Shown: positions 10,856-20,204, counted from the first letter of the stretch. The stretch is DNA of 64,000 nt from an uncultured Actinomycetes bacterium (GCA_963706745.1 CAVPMX010000002.1:204936-268935), one strand, 5' to 3'. Numbers and translations are program-made. Notes: generated by a model not told the origin, from the letters alone.

Positions 10856-10892
10856 GGCCCCTGAACGACCGGTGAACACTGGTTCACGGATG
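10856..10892. promoter_or_regulatory. PHO-box-like repeats in the pstB/phoU divergent spacer
   Basis: Minus strand: GTTCACCGGTC + GTTCAGGGGCC, two adjacent 11-nt units (10877-10856). Plus strand: GTTCACGGATG (10882-10892). Together they form GTGAAC-ACTG-GTTCAC. Confidence 0.5.
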
Positions 10893-10960
10893 ACCCGCAC
10901 GTGGCGATCGCGCGCTCGACCTGCGACGATGCGAGTACCGCGCACCCCGGGGAGGCCTTG

Positions 10961-11641
10961 GTGACCGAGACACGCCGCTCGTACGACGAGCAGCTGAACG
11001 AGATCCGCGACGACGTCGTCAGGCTCGCCGCCCGCGTGTGCGAGACCATCGGCGCCGCGACCGAGTCGCTCCTCGCCGGCGACCTTGCGGCCGTCGACAG
11101 GGTCTACCAGGACCGGCGGGAGGTCCTCGAGGCAGGCAGCGCCGTGGAGCAGCGGGCCTATCAGCTGCTGGCCCTTCAGCAGCCGATGGCCGCCGACCTG
11201 CGCACACTCCTCGCCGTGCTGCGGATACTGCACGAGATCGAGCTGACCTCGGGCCTGATGCGAAACGTCGCAAGGGCCACGCGCCGCCTCTACCCGCACG
11301 AGCTCGCCCCACGGATCCGGGGGATCATCGAGCGCATGGGCAACCAGGCGGCCGTCCAGCTCCGCCTCGCCATAGACGCATTCTCCGACCTGAACGTGAA
11401 CGTCTCGGCTGCGCTCCCCGACATGGACGACGTCATGGACGACCTCCAGAAGGAGCTGTTCCGGGCGATCTTCGCGCTCGGCGCTCCCGACGAGGCGGCG
11501 CTGCAGCGTGCCGTCCAGGTCTCGTTCGTCGGACGCGACTACGAACGGGCCGCCGACCACGCGGTTACCATCGGCCGCTGGGTCGGCTTCATGGTCACCG
11601 GGGTCATGCCCGGCAGCGAGTCCGCCGACTCGACGTCGTGA
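10961..11641 (+). CDS. phoU: phosphate signalling complex protein PhoU
   Basis: Two PhoU repeats (DRVYQDRREVLEAGSAVEQRAYQLLALQQPMAADLR; FVGRDYERAADHAVTIGRWV). GTG 10961 has a GGGGAGG SD. The track start at 10901 is possible but less likely. Confidence 0.9.
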   Translation: MTETRRSYDEQLNEIRDDVVRLAARVCETIGAATESLLAGDLAAVDRVYQDRREVLEAGSAVEQRAYQLLALQQPMAADLRTLLAVLRILHEIELTSGLMRNVARATRRLYPHELAPRIRGIIERMGNQAAVQLRLAIDAFSDLNVNVSAALPDMDDVMDDLQKELFRAIFALGAPDEAALQRAVQVSFVGRDYERAADHAVTIGRWVGFMVTGVMPGSESADSTS

Positions 11642-11690
11642 CGCGGTGACGCCGTGACTGCGTGAAGGCCTGATCTCCCCGGCGCGCCGG

Positions 11691-12590
11691 TCACCAACGA
11701 TTCCGGAACCGGTTGCGCACCCATATGGCGAGTCCGTTCATGGTCAGTAGGAGCGCGAGCAGCATCACGATCGCGGCGGCCGCGAGCACGTGGAACTCGT
11801 CCTGCGGGCGACTCACCCAGTTGAAGATCTGAACCGGGAGCACGGTGAACGCGCTGTCGAGGCCCGTGGGATTGAACGTCACGAAGGTGAGCGCGCCCAC
11901 CATGAGGAGCGGTGCGGCCTCGCCCATGGCGCGTGACAGCGCGAGTATCACGCCGGTGGCGATTCCCGGAGTTGCGGCCGGCAGCACCTGGCGACCGACC
12001 GTCTGCAGGGGAGTGGCACCCAGGGCCAACGCTCCGTCGCGTATCGACGAGGGGACCGCGCGCAGCGCCTCACGCGACGCGATGATCACCGTCGGGAGGA
12101 CGAGCAGCGCGAGGATCACGGCGGCGGCAAGGACGACGCGACCGAGCGAGAGCGGACCGCGCACGACGAATGCCAGTCCGAGGATTCCATAGACGATCGA
12201 GGGCACCGCGGCGAGGTTCTGGATGTTGACCTCGATCAGCCGGTTGTACCAGCGGTCCCGGGGGGCGAGCTCCTCCAGGTAGACGGCTGCGGCCACTCCG
12301 ATCGGCACAGTCAGCAGCCCGGTCAGCGTGACGACCCACAGCGTCCCGAAGACCGCCGAGCGCGCACCGGCCAGGAGCGGCCTCGGCGACGGGAAGCGCC
12401 GCCACAGGCCGTCGTCGAGGCGGCCGCGTCCGTCGACGACGACACTGAGCAGGAGCGCCGCCAGAGCGAAGACCGCCACGGCGAGGCAGAGCAGCAGCAA
12501 CACGCGGAAGGCCTGCTCCTTCGCCCTCTTGGCAACGGGAGCCCGCCCGAGCCGCCCTGCGTCGCCCGAGACCGCTGTTCCGACGCTCAC
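11691..12590 (-). CDS. pstA: phosphate ABC transporter permease PstA
   Basis: 299-aa polytopic permease with the EAA-type loop [24 protein letters not shown]. Confidence 0.9.
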   Translation of the reverse strand: MSVGTAVSGDAGRLGRAPVAKRAKEQAFRVLLLLCLAVAVFALAALLLSVVVDGRGRLDDGLWRRFPSPRPLLAGARSAVFGTLWVVTLTGLLTVPIGVAAAVYLEELAPRDRWYNRLIEVNIQNLAAVPSIVYGILGLAFVVRGPLSLGRVVLAAAVILALLVLPTVIIASREALRAVPSSIRDGALALGATPLQTVGRQVLPAATPGIATGVILALSRAMGEAAPLLMVGALTFVTFNPTGLDSAFTVLPVQIFNWVSRPQDEFHVLAAAAIVMLLALLLTMNGLAIWVRNRFRNRW

Positions 12591-13598
12591 TCGTAAACCT
12601 CCCGGAATCTGCGCACGATCCGAATGCTGACGAGGTTCATCACGAACGTGGCCACGAAGAGGAGCGAGCCGACGGCGAATATCGTCTTGTACCCCGTGCT
12701 GCCGGTCGGCTGATCGCCGATCCCGGCCGCTCCGATGAACGCCGTCATCGTCTGCATCGCCTCACCGGGGTTGATGGCCAGGTTCGGCTGGCCTCCGGCG
12801 GCGATCAGCACGATCATCGTCTCGCCGACGGCGCGCGAGATCGCCAGCACGAACGACGCCGCGATACCGGACAGGGCCGCCGGCACGACCACGCGGGTCG
12901 CCACCTCGCGCCGCGTCGCTGCCGAGCGCGTAGGCCCCCTCCCGCAGTCCGGCCGGTACCGCCGTCATCGCGTCCTCGGAGAGCGACCCCACGGTGGGGA
13001 CGATCATCACACCCATCACGATGCCTGCCGAGAGAGCGTTGAACGCACCCGGCGGGTCACCGAGCGGCCAGATCGTCTGGACGATCGGGCTCACGACCTC
13101 CAGCGCGAAGTACCCGTACACGACGGTCGGTATGCCCGCCAGGAGCTCCAGCAGCGGCTTCAGGACCTGACGGGTGCGCGGCCGCGCGTACTCGCTCAGG
13201 TAGATGGCCGAGCCGAGCCCTATCGGCACGCAGACCGCGAGAGCGCACACCGTGGTGACGGCGGTACCGGCGACGAGAGGGAGCACGCCGAAGCGGGGGT
13301 TCGCGAAGAGGGGCGACCACTTCGTCCCGGTCAGGAACTCCTTGATGCTCACCTCGCCGAAGAAGTCGATCGTCGGCGGGACCAGCGAGAGCACGATCGC
13401 GACGGTCGTCGCGACCGACAGGGCAGCGCAGAGGAAGAGCAGCCCCACGACCACACGCTCGCCGTATCGCGGGCGCGCGAACCCGAGGCCCCCCCGGAGG
13501 GGGGGCCTCGACGGAACCGCGGTCGCTCCCGTCACCGTCACCGGCGGCGGGGGTCGCGGCCGGGGTGGAGAGCGGGTCTCACGTCCGCCCCTCGGCAA
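12587..13598 (-). pseudogene. pstC: phosphate ABC transporter permease PstC, interrupted by one frameshift near 12920
   Basis: The N-terminal 2/3 lies in track ORF 12762..13598 (sensible up to ...[12 protein letters not shown]). The C-terminal 1/3 lies in ORF 12587..12904 ([31 protein letters not shown]...). Removing one nt at ~12920 yields a continuous PstC. Confidence 0.85.
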
Positions 13599-14550
13599 GG
13601 TCCTGTGCCAGCTCGAGGGACTCCCGGCGCTGCAGGTCGGTCATCGGGACGAAGAGCGCCTCGTCGGCGATGCGGGTGGAGTTCTCGATGAAGTACTCGA
13701 TGAACGCGATTCCTTCGGGGCGGGAGACGAGATCATCGCTCGGGTACACGAACAGCGGTCGGGAGAGCGGCGAGTACTCGCCGGACTGAACGGTCTCGGA
13801 GCTCGGCTCGACGCACCCGTCACCGCCGTCTATCGCGACGCCCTTGACCTTGCCCGAGTTCTCCAGGAGATACGACAGGCCGAAGTAGCCGATGGCACCC
13901 TTGGCTCCCGCGACGCCGGTGACGGTCACGTTGTCGTCCTCGGTTGCGGTGTAGTCGGTACGGCTCGCGCCCTCCTCGCCGACGATCGCCTCGGTGAAGT
14001 AGTCGAACGTCCCGGAGTCGGTCCCGGCGCCGAAGAGCTCGATCGGCTCGTCGGGGAACGACGGGTCCACCTGGCTCCACCTCGTGATCTTGCCCTCCGC
14101 CCCGGGCTCCCAGATCGCCTTCAGCTGGTCCGCCGTGAGGCACTCGGCCCAGTCGTTGTCCGGGTGCACCACGACGGAGATCCCGTCGTTCGCCACCGCC
14201 AGCTCCGCGAAGGCGACACCGTTCTCCTCGCAGATCGCCGCCTCTTCCTCCTTGATCGGCCGGGAGGCGTCGCTCATGTCGGTCTCGCCGACGCAGAACT
14301 TCTCGAAGCCCCCTCCGGTGCCCGAAGTGCCGACCGTCACGCGGACGCCCGTGTTCTCCGACATGAAGTCGGCCGCCGCCGTCTCCGTGAGAGGCGCGAC
14401 CGTGCTGGAGCCGTCGACCGTGATCGACCCCGAGAGCCCACTGTCCCCCGAACCGGACTCGTCGACCTTCTCCTCGCCGCAGGCGACGAGACCCACGACG
14501 GCGAGCGACGCCGACACCAGCACTGACATCCCTCGGGCACTTCGACGCAT
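13579..14550 (-). CDS. pstS: phosphate-binding lipoprotein PstS
   Basis: Lipobox LVACG, then SITVDGSSTVAPL and GTSGTGGGFEKF, typical of PstS. Confidence 0.9.
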   Translation of the reverse strand: MRRSARGMSVLVSASLAVVGLVACGEEKVDESGSGDSGLSGSITVDGSSTVAPLTETAAADFMSENTGVRVTVGTSGTGGGFEKFCVGETDMSDASRPIKEEEAAICEENGVAFAELAVANDGISVVVHPDNDWAECLTADQLKAIWEPGAEGKITRWSQVDPSFPDEPIELFGAGTDSGTFDYFTEAIVGEEGASRTDYTATEDDNVTVTGVAGAKGAIGYFGLSYLLENSGKVKGVAIDGGDGCVEPSSETVQSGEYSPLSRPLFVYPSDDLVSRPEGIAFIEYFIENSTRIADEALFVPMTDLQRRESLELAQDLAEGRT

Positions 14551-14629
14551 CCTGCCTGCTCCTCCTGGTCGGGCTCCGTGTCAGGTGTCCGGCCGTGCGG
14601 CTCGTGGCACCGGAGCTCAACGTAGAGGA

Positions 14630-14673
14630 GGCAGGTGAACCGCCACTCCCGGCGGGGTGTACGGGGGGTAAAC
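14630..14673 (-). promoter_or_regulatory. PHO-box-like array upstream of pstS
   Basis: Four phased 11-nt units on the minus strand: GTTTACCCCCC|GTACACCCCGC|CGGGAGTGGCG|GTTCACCTGCC. Units 1, 2 and 4 resemble the actinobacterial PhoP unit G(G/T)TCAYYYR(G/C)G. Located 80-123 nt upstream of the pstS ATG. Confidence 0.5.
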
Positions 14674-14753
14674 TCATCGAGAAGCAGTGGTGCCGGGGCC
14701 TGCGGCAGGGTCGCCGCGCCCGAGAAGTGCCGCCACCCGACCCGGGTCCGTGC

Positions 14754-15029
14754 CTAGACCGGCGCCTCGACCTCTTCGTAGCCAAGGTCCCACTCGAGGA
14801 TGAGGTGCTCGCGCTCGGCGTCGCGTGCGACCCGCTCCCGGTTGCGCCGGAACTGCGGGTCGTGGGGGGGGAGGAGCTGGAGGCGCGCTATCGCCCGCTG
14901 ACGGAACTCGTCGATCGCCCTCTGGTCGCCGAAGACGCGGTGGACGTCCCAGTGCGGGGAGACGGGGCCGAGGTACACGACCTTCACGTGCCCCTGCGGG
15001 GGGATCTCCTCGAACTCCTCGGTCTCCAT
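14754..15029 (-). CDS. conserved-looking hypothetical protein (91 aa)
   Basis: Non-repetitive, balanced composition (METEEFEEIPPQGHVKVVYLGPVSPHWDVHRVFGDQRAIDEFRQR...). I do not recognise the family. Confidence 0.55.
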   Translation of the reverse strand: METEEFEEIPPQGHVKVVYLGPVSPHWDVHRVFGDQRAIDEFRQRAIARLQLLPPHDPQFRRNRERVARDAEREHLILEWDLGYEEVEAPV

Positions 15030-15124
15030 CTCGGCTCCTCGCCTCCGGGGCGCTCCCGGCAGCGAGAGGTTACCCGCCCGTTCCTCGCCCGGAGAATCTG
15101 ACGTGAGGCAACAGGGCAGACCTG

Positions 15125-16438
15125 CTACATCTGCGTCGGGCGCTCCGCGAGCACCACCGTGAAGGTTCGGACATCGCCGTCGCGCACGACCGCCACCTCG
15201 ACCTCGTCGTCCGGATCGTGGCGCCGGACCTCTCGGGCCACATCCTCCATAGACCGGATCTCGCGGCCACCGATCTCGACCACTACATCGCCGATCTCGA
15301 TCCCTGCCTCGGCTGCGGGCGCACCGTCGGTCGTCTCCACGACGAGCGCTCCGTGCTCCACCCCGAGGTCGCGCGTCGCAGCCTCGTCGGCCGTCAGGGT
15401 CCGGGTCGCGACGCCGAGGAAGGCGATCTGCGCATCGCGACCGGCCCCGAGGTCATCGATTATCGAGGCCGCGCTGGAGATCGCGATGGCGAAGCCCACG
15501 TTGTTCGACACCCCCGGGTTGGCGATCGCCGTGTTGATGCCGACGACGCGCCCGTCGGAATCGACGAGCGGTCCGCCGGAGTTGCCCGGGTTGATCGCTG
15601 CGTCGGTCTGGATCATGTTCGGCAGCAGCGTGTCGGCCTCGGTCGCGATCGACCGCTCCAGTGCGGAGACGATCCCGCTCGTGACGCTCGGCCCACCCTC
15701 GAGCCCGAGGGCTGTGCCTATCGCTACTACTGCGTCGCCAACCTGCAGCGCGTCGGAGTCGCCGAGCTCGACGGTCGGCAGATTGGTACGGTCGATCTTC
15801 ACGACGGCGAGATCGTCGTACTCGTCGACGCCGAGGATCTCGGCGGGCTCCTCGTCGCCGCCGTCGAGTATCACGGTGATGTCCTCGACGCCTTCTACGA
15901 CGTGCGCGTTGGTGACGATGACGCCGTCGCTGCCGACGATGAACCCGCTGCCGGCACCGCTGCCCTGAGCACTACCGATATTGATCCTGACCACCGCGGG
16001 CTGCACCTTGTCGAGGATCGCGCGGATGTCGCCGGGCGCGGAGACGACAGTGGACGCGCGAACGGGCGAGGTCGCGCCCGCGGCACCGACTCCCCGCGCT
16101 GCGTCGCCCGAGCCTCCGCCGTCGTCGTCGAACGCCACGAAGAGGCCACCTGTGACCAGTGAGGCAACGACGGCTCCGGCGATGCCGCCGACGATCGCAG
16201 ACCGCAGGCCGCCACGGACCCGCGGCTCGGCGCCACCCGGCTCCACCGGGTTCGCCGTCCAGGTCACAGCAGCCGGCGGCGCCATCTCCCTCTCGGGCGG
16301 CTGCGGAGGCGGCGTCGCCGGCGGCGCGGTCGTGGGCGGCGGCTGGTGGCGCGGGGGCGCAGTCCGGGCGGCCCACGGCGGGATCCCCGACCAGGGGTCG
16401 CCCGGGGGAACCGCAGCATCGTCTCGTTCGTCGTTCAT
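15125..16438 (-). CDS. htrA: HtrA/DegP-type S1C serine protease with PDZ domain
   Basis: Pro-rich N-terminus plus a TM helix. Catalytic motifs TNAHVV, D, GNSGGPLVD. C-terminal PDZ domain. ATG 16438 has a GGGAGG SD. Confidence 0.9.
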   Translation of the reverse strand: MNDERDDAAVPPGDPWSGIPPWAARTAPPRHQPPPTTAPPATPPPQPPEREMAPPAAVTWTANPVEPGGAEPRVRGGLRSAIVGGIAGAVVASLVTGGLFVAFDDDGGGSGDAARGVGAAGATSPVRASTVVSAPGDIRAILDKVQPAVVRINIGSAQGSGAGSGFIVGSDGVIVTNAHVVEGVEDITVILDGGDEEPAEILGVDEYDDLAVVKIDRTNLPTVELGDSDALQVGDAVVAIGTALGLEGGPSVTSGIVSALERSIATEADTLLPNMIQTDAAINPGNSGGPLVDSDGRVVGINTAIANPGVSNNVGFAIAISSAASIIDDLGAGRDAQIAFLGVATRTLTADEAATRDLGVEHGALVVETTDGAPAAEAGIEIGDVVVEIGGREIRSMEDVAREVRRHDPDDEVEVAVVRDGDVRTFTVVLAERPTQM

Positions 16439-16585
16439 CTGGCCTCCCTGAAGGGTTCTTCGGCTATTGAACGACACGTGCACCCAGCGCGTTCCCAGGG
16501 CGTCTGAGAGAGAACTGAGAGAATCTCACGAAGATCTCGTCCCTGACGGGAAGTCATGGGCGGGGCGGAGAGTTGGAGAGGTGTG

Positions 16586-16879
16586 ATGGACGAGCGCCCC
16601 GAGGAATACGCCTGGATGCTGAGGGCCAAGTGCCGCGGCATCTCACCGACCGAGTTCTTCCCGTCCGACGGCGTCGGCGTGGAGGTCGCGCAGCACATCT
16701 GCGACGGCTGTCCGGTCGTGTCCGAGTGCCTCGAGTACGCGCTCGAGAACCGGATCGAGCACGGCGTGTGGGGCGGGGCGTCAGAGCGGGAGCGTCGGCG
16801 GATCCTTCGCAGGCGCCGCCAGGCGGCGGCTGCGCGCCCGGTCGAGCCCGAGCCGCTGCAGGCCGCCCACCAGGGCTGA
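16586..16879 (+). CDS. WhiB-family transcriptional regulator
   Basis: Four Cys (C-x29-C-x2-C-x5-C), FFP, and GVWGGASERERRRI motifs. ATG 16586 has a GGAGAGG SD. Confidence 0.85.
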   Translation: MDERPEEYAWMLRAKCRGISPTEFFPSDGVGVEVAQHICDGCPVVSECLEYALENRIEHGVWGGASERERRRILRRRRQAAAARPVEPEPLQAAHQG

Positions 16880-16942
16880 GACGGGCAGATCCGGCCCGGC
16901 GGCCCGGCGTCGACAGGCGCGGTGCCCCCGAGCGCGAGGTCG

Positions 16943-17155
16943 TCAGTTCGGGCTCGGGTCCGAGCCGGGATTCGAGGTCGGACCGGGCACGGGGGTCCCG
17001 GACTGCGGTTCGCTCTTGTCCCCCTCGGCGAGGCCCTGCTTGAACTCCTTCTGCGCCTGGCCCATCGAACGGGCGAGCTTGGGGAGCTTGGAGCCGCCGA
17101 AGATCACGAGCACGATCAGCAAGATGATGCCCAGCTCGGGCGCACCTAGGCTCAT
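16943..17155 (-). CDS. tatA: twin-arginine translocase subunit TatA/E
   Basis: MSLGAPELGIILLIVLVIFGGSKLPKLARSMGQAQKEFK is a canonical TatA N-terminus. Confidence 0.9.
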   Translation of the reverse strand: MSLGAPELGIILLIVLVIFGGSKLPKLARSMGQAQKEFKQGLAEGDKSEPQSGTPVPGPTSNPGSDPSPN

Positions 17156-17215
17156 GCGGCCACCTCTCTCTCGTGTGGTTGCCGTCCCTGCCAGGGTACC
17201 AACACCCCGGAGCGA

Positions 17216-18211
17216 TCACGGCACCGACTTCATCGCTTCCGCGAGCGCGATCACGTCGTCGGTGTCGCCCACGTGGAACGGGACGGCCCCGGGGCCGAGT
17301 ATGAGCGTCTCCACGCCGAGCGAGGCCCATTCCTCCGCCTGTTCGACCACCTGATCCGGCGTGCCGACGAGGCGTCCGACGCGCCAGTCCGCCAACGTCG
17401 CACCGTCGAGGACCCCGGGCGGCGACTGCGCCCGCAGGCGCTCGAAGCGCCTCGCGAGGTCTCGCTCGTCGGAGCCGCAGAGCGCGTACAGACCGACCGA
17501 GCGCCAGAGCGTCGAGGGGTCACGTCCTGCTGCGTCGCACTCCCTCTCGAGCACCGCGAGACGTTCGCGATAGGAGTCGTGCGTCCAGACCCAGCAGGTG
17601 TTCCAGCCGTCGGCGCGGCGCGCCGCCAACCGAAGGAGCCTGTCGCCCTTCCCTCCCACGAAGACGGGTGGACGCGGCTTCTGCATCGGTGGTGGATGGA
17701 GTCGGGCGCCGTCGGCCCTGTGATGTGCGCCGTCGAAGGTCACGACCTCCCCTGCGAGGAGCCCCGTGAGGATCTGGACCGCCTCCTCGAGACGGCTCAG
17801 ACGCTCGGCGGGCGGAGGCATCTCGAGGGCGATCGCGGTGTAGTCGGGCTCGTACCAGCCGGCGCCCATCCCCACGTCGAGGCGACCACCGCTGATCCTG
17901 TCGAGGGTCGCGAGCGCATGGGCGAGCACCGCGGCGGGCCGGAGTGCCTCGAGGAGCACCAGTGTTCCGAGCCTGACCCTCGGCACGGCTCGCGCCAGCG
18001 CCGCGAGCGTCACCAGCGGCTCGAACACGCCGTGCGGATCGGGGCCACCTCCGTACTTGTCGAGGTCGAGAACGAGGTGGTCGGAGAGCCAGACGGAGTC
18101 GTACCCGCACCTCTCCGCGAGGAGGGCGTGCTCGGCCACGGTCTCGAACCGCAGCGGGCTCTCGCCCGGGACCGAGTAGTCGTACTGAGGCAGCGCAAGA
18201 CCGAACCGCAT
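17216..18211 (-). CDS. LLM-class (luciferase-like) F420-dependent oxidoreductase
   Basis: MRFGLALPQY...GYDSVWLSDHL...RLGTLVL...GGRLDVGMGAGW, typical of the LLM family. Confidence 0.85.
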   Translation of the reverse strand: MRFGLALPQYDYSVPGESPLRFETVAEHALLAERCGYDSVWLSDHLVLDLDKYGGGPDPHGVFEPLVTLAALARAVPRVRLGTLVLLEALRPAAVLAHALATLDRISGGRLDVGMGAGWYEPDYTAIALEMPPPAERLSRLEEAVQILTGLLAGEVVTFDGAHHRADGARLHPPPMQKPRPPVFVGGKGDRLLRLAARRADGWNTCWVWTHDSYRERLAVLERECDAAGRDPSTLWRSVGLYALCGSDERDLARRFERLRAQSPPGVLDGATLADWRVGRLVGTPDQVVEQAEEWASLGVETLILGPGAVPFHVGDTDDVIALAEAMKSVP

Positions 18212-18252
18212 GCCTCGCAGGCTACCGGCAGGGGTGTCGGTAGCCTGCGGGG

Positions 18253-19137
18253 GTGCTGGAGTGCGTCGCCAACGTCTCGGAGGGCCGGGACGCCCGGGTG
18301 ATCGACGCTCTCGCCGCGGCCTGCCGGCCCTCGCTCCTCGACCTGCACTCCGACCCGGATCACAACCGGAGCGTCTTCACTCTCGCCGGTCCGGGCGAGC
18401 GCGACGCCGGCGCGGCGGCCCGTTCACTCGCCGACTCGGTCGCCCGTCTCGTCAGCATCGTCGGGCACGAGGGTGTGCACCCACGCCTGGGGGCGCTCGA
18501 CGTGGTGCCCTTCGTGGCCCTGGGTGGCCCGGCACCGCGGCGCGACGACGCCGTCGAGGCGGCGCACTCCTTCGCCCGCTGGTGGGCGGAGACGTTCGAG
18601 GTCCCGGTCTTCCTCTACGACGACGCCTCCCCGACCGGCGCGACCCTCCCGGCCGTGCGCCGCGATGCGTTCCGCACGATCCCGCCCGATCTCGGTCCCC
18701 CGTCGCCGCACCCGACCCTCGGCGCCACTGCCGTCGGCGCTCGCACGCCCCTGGTGGCCGTCAACTGCCACCTCGACGTCGGCGACCTCGACGTCGCGAA
18801 GCGCATCGCGTCGGCCGCCAGGGAGGCCGGCGGTGGGCTCCCGGGAGTCCGGGCTCTCGGGCTCTCTCTCGCGTCGGCCCGCTGCGTTCAGGTGTCGATG
18901 AACCTCGTCGATCTCGCAGCGACTGGCCTGGAGGCCGCCGTTGCACGGGTCCGGGAGCTGGCCCGGCTCGACGGGGCCGAGGTGGCCCGTGTCGAGGTCG
19001 TCGGGCTCGTGCCGGAAGCCGAGCTGGCCCGCTGCAGTCGCGGGTTCACCGACTGGGCCCGCATCGGCCCGTCGATCACGATCGAGGCGCGCCTGGTGGC
19101 CCCCACTCCCTGCGGGGACTCCGGCCCAGCCGGTTGA
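18253..19137 (+). CDS. glutamate formimidoyltransferase (FtcD N-domain type)
   Basis: MLECVANVSEGRD start and DPDHNRSVFT motif, characteristic of formiminotransferases. Confidence 0.8.
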   Translation: MLECVANVSEGRDARVIDALAAACRPSLLDLHSDPDHNRSVFTLAGPGERDAGAAARSLADSVARLVSIVGHEGVHPRLGALDVVPFVALGGPAPRRDDAVEAAHSFARWWAETFEVPVFLYDDASPTGATLPAVRRDAFRTIPPDLGPPSPHPTLGATAVGARTPLVAVNCHLDVGDLDVAKRIASAAREAGGGLPGVRALGLSLASARCVQVSMNLVDLAATGLEAAVARVRELARLDGAEVARVEVVGLVPEAELARCSRGFTDWARIGPSITIEARLVAPTPCGDSGPAG

Positions 19138-19240
19138 CGCCGAACGCCGTCAGACGCGCGCGGAACGCGTCGGAGGGCCCGGCGGGCGGGCGTAGGTCGC
19201 CCCGGAGTCGACCGGGACCAAGCGGGGTGGTGCCGGCGGG

Positions 19241-19531
19241 TCAGGCCGAGGAGGCGAGGCCCCTGCGGGCCAACGCACGCTGTCGGCGCAGGCGACGTCT
19301 CTCCCGCTCCGACATGCCTCCCCAGATCCCGAACTTCTCCCCGTTGCGCAGCGCGTACTCCAGGCAGTCGAGGCGCACCTCGCAACCGCCGCAGACGCCC
19401 TTCGCCTCCTTGGTGGAGGCGCCGCGCTCCGGGAAGAACAGGTCGGGGTCGACCCCGAGGCAGTTGGAACGCTCCTGCCACCGCCGGTCCTCGATCTCTT
19501 GCTCCAGTGTCTGCACCAGGCTCTCCCTCAC
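19241..19531 (-). CDS. WhiB-family transcriptional regulator
   Basis: WQERSNCLGVDPDLFFPERGASTKEAKGVCGGCEVRLDCLEYALRNGEKFGIWGGMSERERRRL. GTG start. Confidence 0.9.
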   Translation of the reverse strand: MRESLVQTLEQEIEDRRWQERSNCLGVDPDLFFPERGASTKEAKGVCGGCEVRLDCLEYALRNGEKFGIWGGMSERERRRLRRQRALARRGLASSA

Positions 19532-19554
19532 CGGCCGCCCCCTCTGCCGTCACG

Positions 19555-19602
19555 AAATGCTGCCGGAACCGCTGCCGGAAATGCTGCCGGAAATGCTGCC
19601 GA
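19555..19602 (-). repeat. four tandem 12-bp repeats in the whiB-like gene leader/promoter
   Basis: Plus strand: AAATGCTGCCGG|AACCGCTGCCGG|AAATGCTGCCGG|AAATGCTGCCGA. Located 24-71 nt upstream of GTG 19531. A fifth degenerate CGGCAG follows in phase. Confidence 0.85.
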
Positions 19603-19784
19603 TGGAATTACAACGGTGTCATCTTGACCCGCGCGACGCCCGTCCGCAAGGGGGAGTTCGCTTTTCTGGGGCCCGGAGACGGCCTGCTCAGGCCGCGACG
19701 GGACCTTCGGCCGAGCGTTTCGCGGGGGTTAGCACCTTTACTCCCCCGACCGGCACCCACCCGAGCGCGGCGTCGCCGCCGGGA

Positions 19785-20204
19785 TCACTCCTCCGGCTGA
19801 GGCTCCAGGCGCAGGGAGGCGGAGTTGATGCAGTACCTCAGGCCCGTCGGCTGATCCGGGGCGTCGTCGAAGACGTGGCCCAGGTGGGCATCGCAGTTGC
19901 TGCAGCGCACCTCGGTGCGCACGACCCCGAAGCTCCGGTCCTCGCGCTCCTCCACCGGAGCGCCGTCGGCCGGGCGGAAGAAGCTCGGCCACCCGCACCC
20001 GGAGTCGAACTTCGCCATCGACTCGAACAGGGGCGTGCCGCAGCAGACGCACTCATATGTGCCGGCGTCGTGACAGTTCCAGTACTCGCCGCTGAAGGCC
20101 CGCTCGGTGCCCCCCTCGCGGGTCACGTGGTACTGCTGAGGCGACAGCCGCGCCCGCCACTCCTGCTCATCGGGATTCTGCTCGTCGTCGGGCTTCTCGG
20201 CCAT
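19785..20204 (-). CDS. msrB: peptide-methionine (R)-S-oxide reductase
   Basis: CVCCGTPLF...GCGWPSF...[21 protein letters not shown]. Starts at the MAEKPDD codon of track ORF 19785..20492. Confidence 0.95.
   Translation of the reverse strand: MAEKPDDEQNPDEQEWRARLSPQQYHVTREGGTERAFSGEYWNCHDAGTYECVCCGTPLFESMAKFDSGCGWPSFFRPADGAPVEEREDRSFGVVRTEVRCSNCDAHLGHVFDDAPDQPTGLRYCINSASLRLEPQPEE

Noticed and set aside
19690-19784. Possible 6C-type small RNA (C-rich loops; CGGGGG...CCCCCG hairpin) between msrB and whiB
   Set aside because: There is only one convincing hairpin. I cannot reproduce the two-hairpin 6C architecture or verify it without a covariance-model search (cmsearch with the Rfam 6C model would decide).
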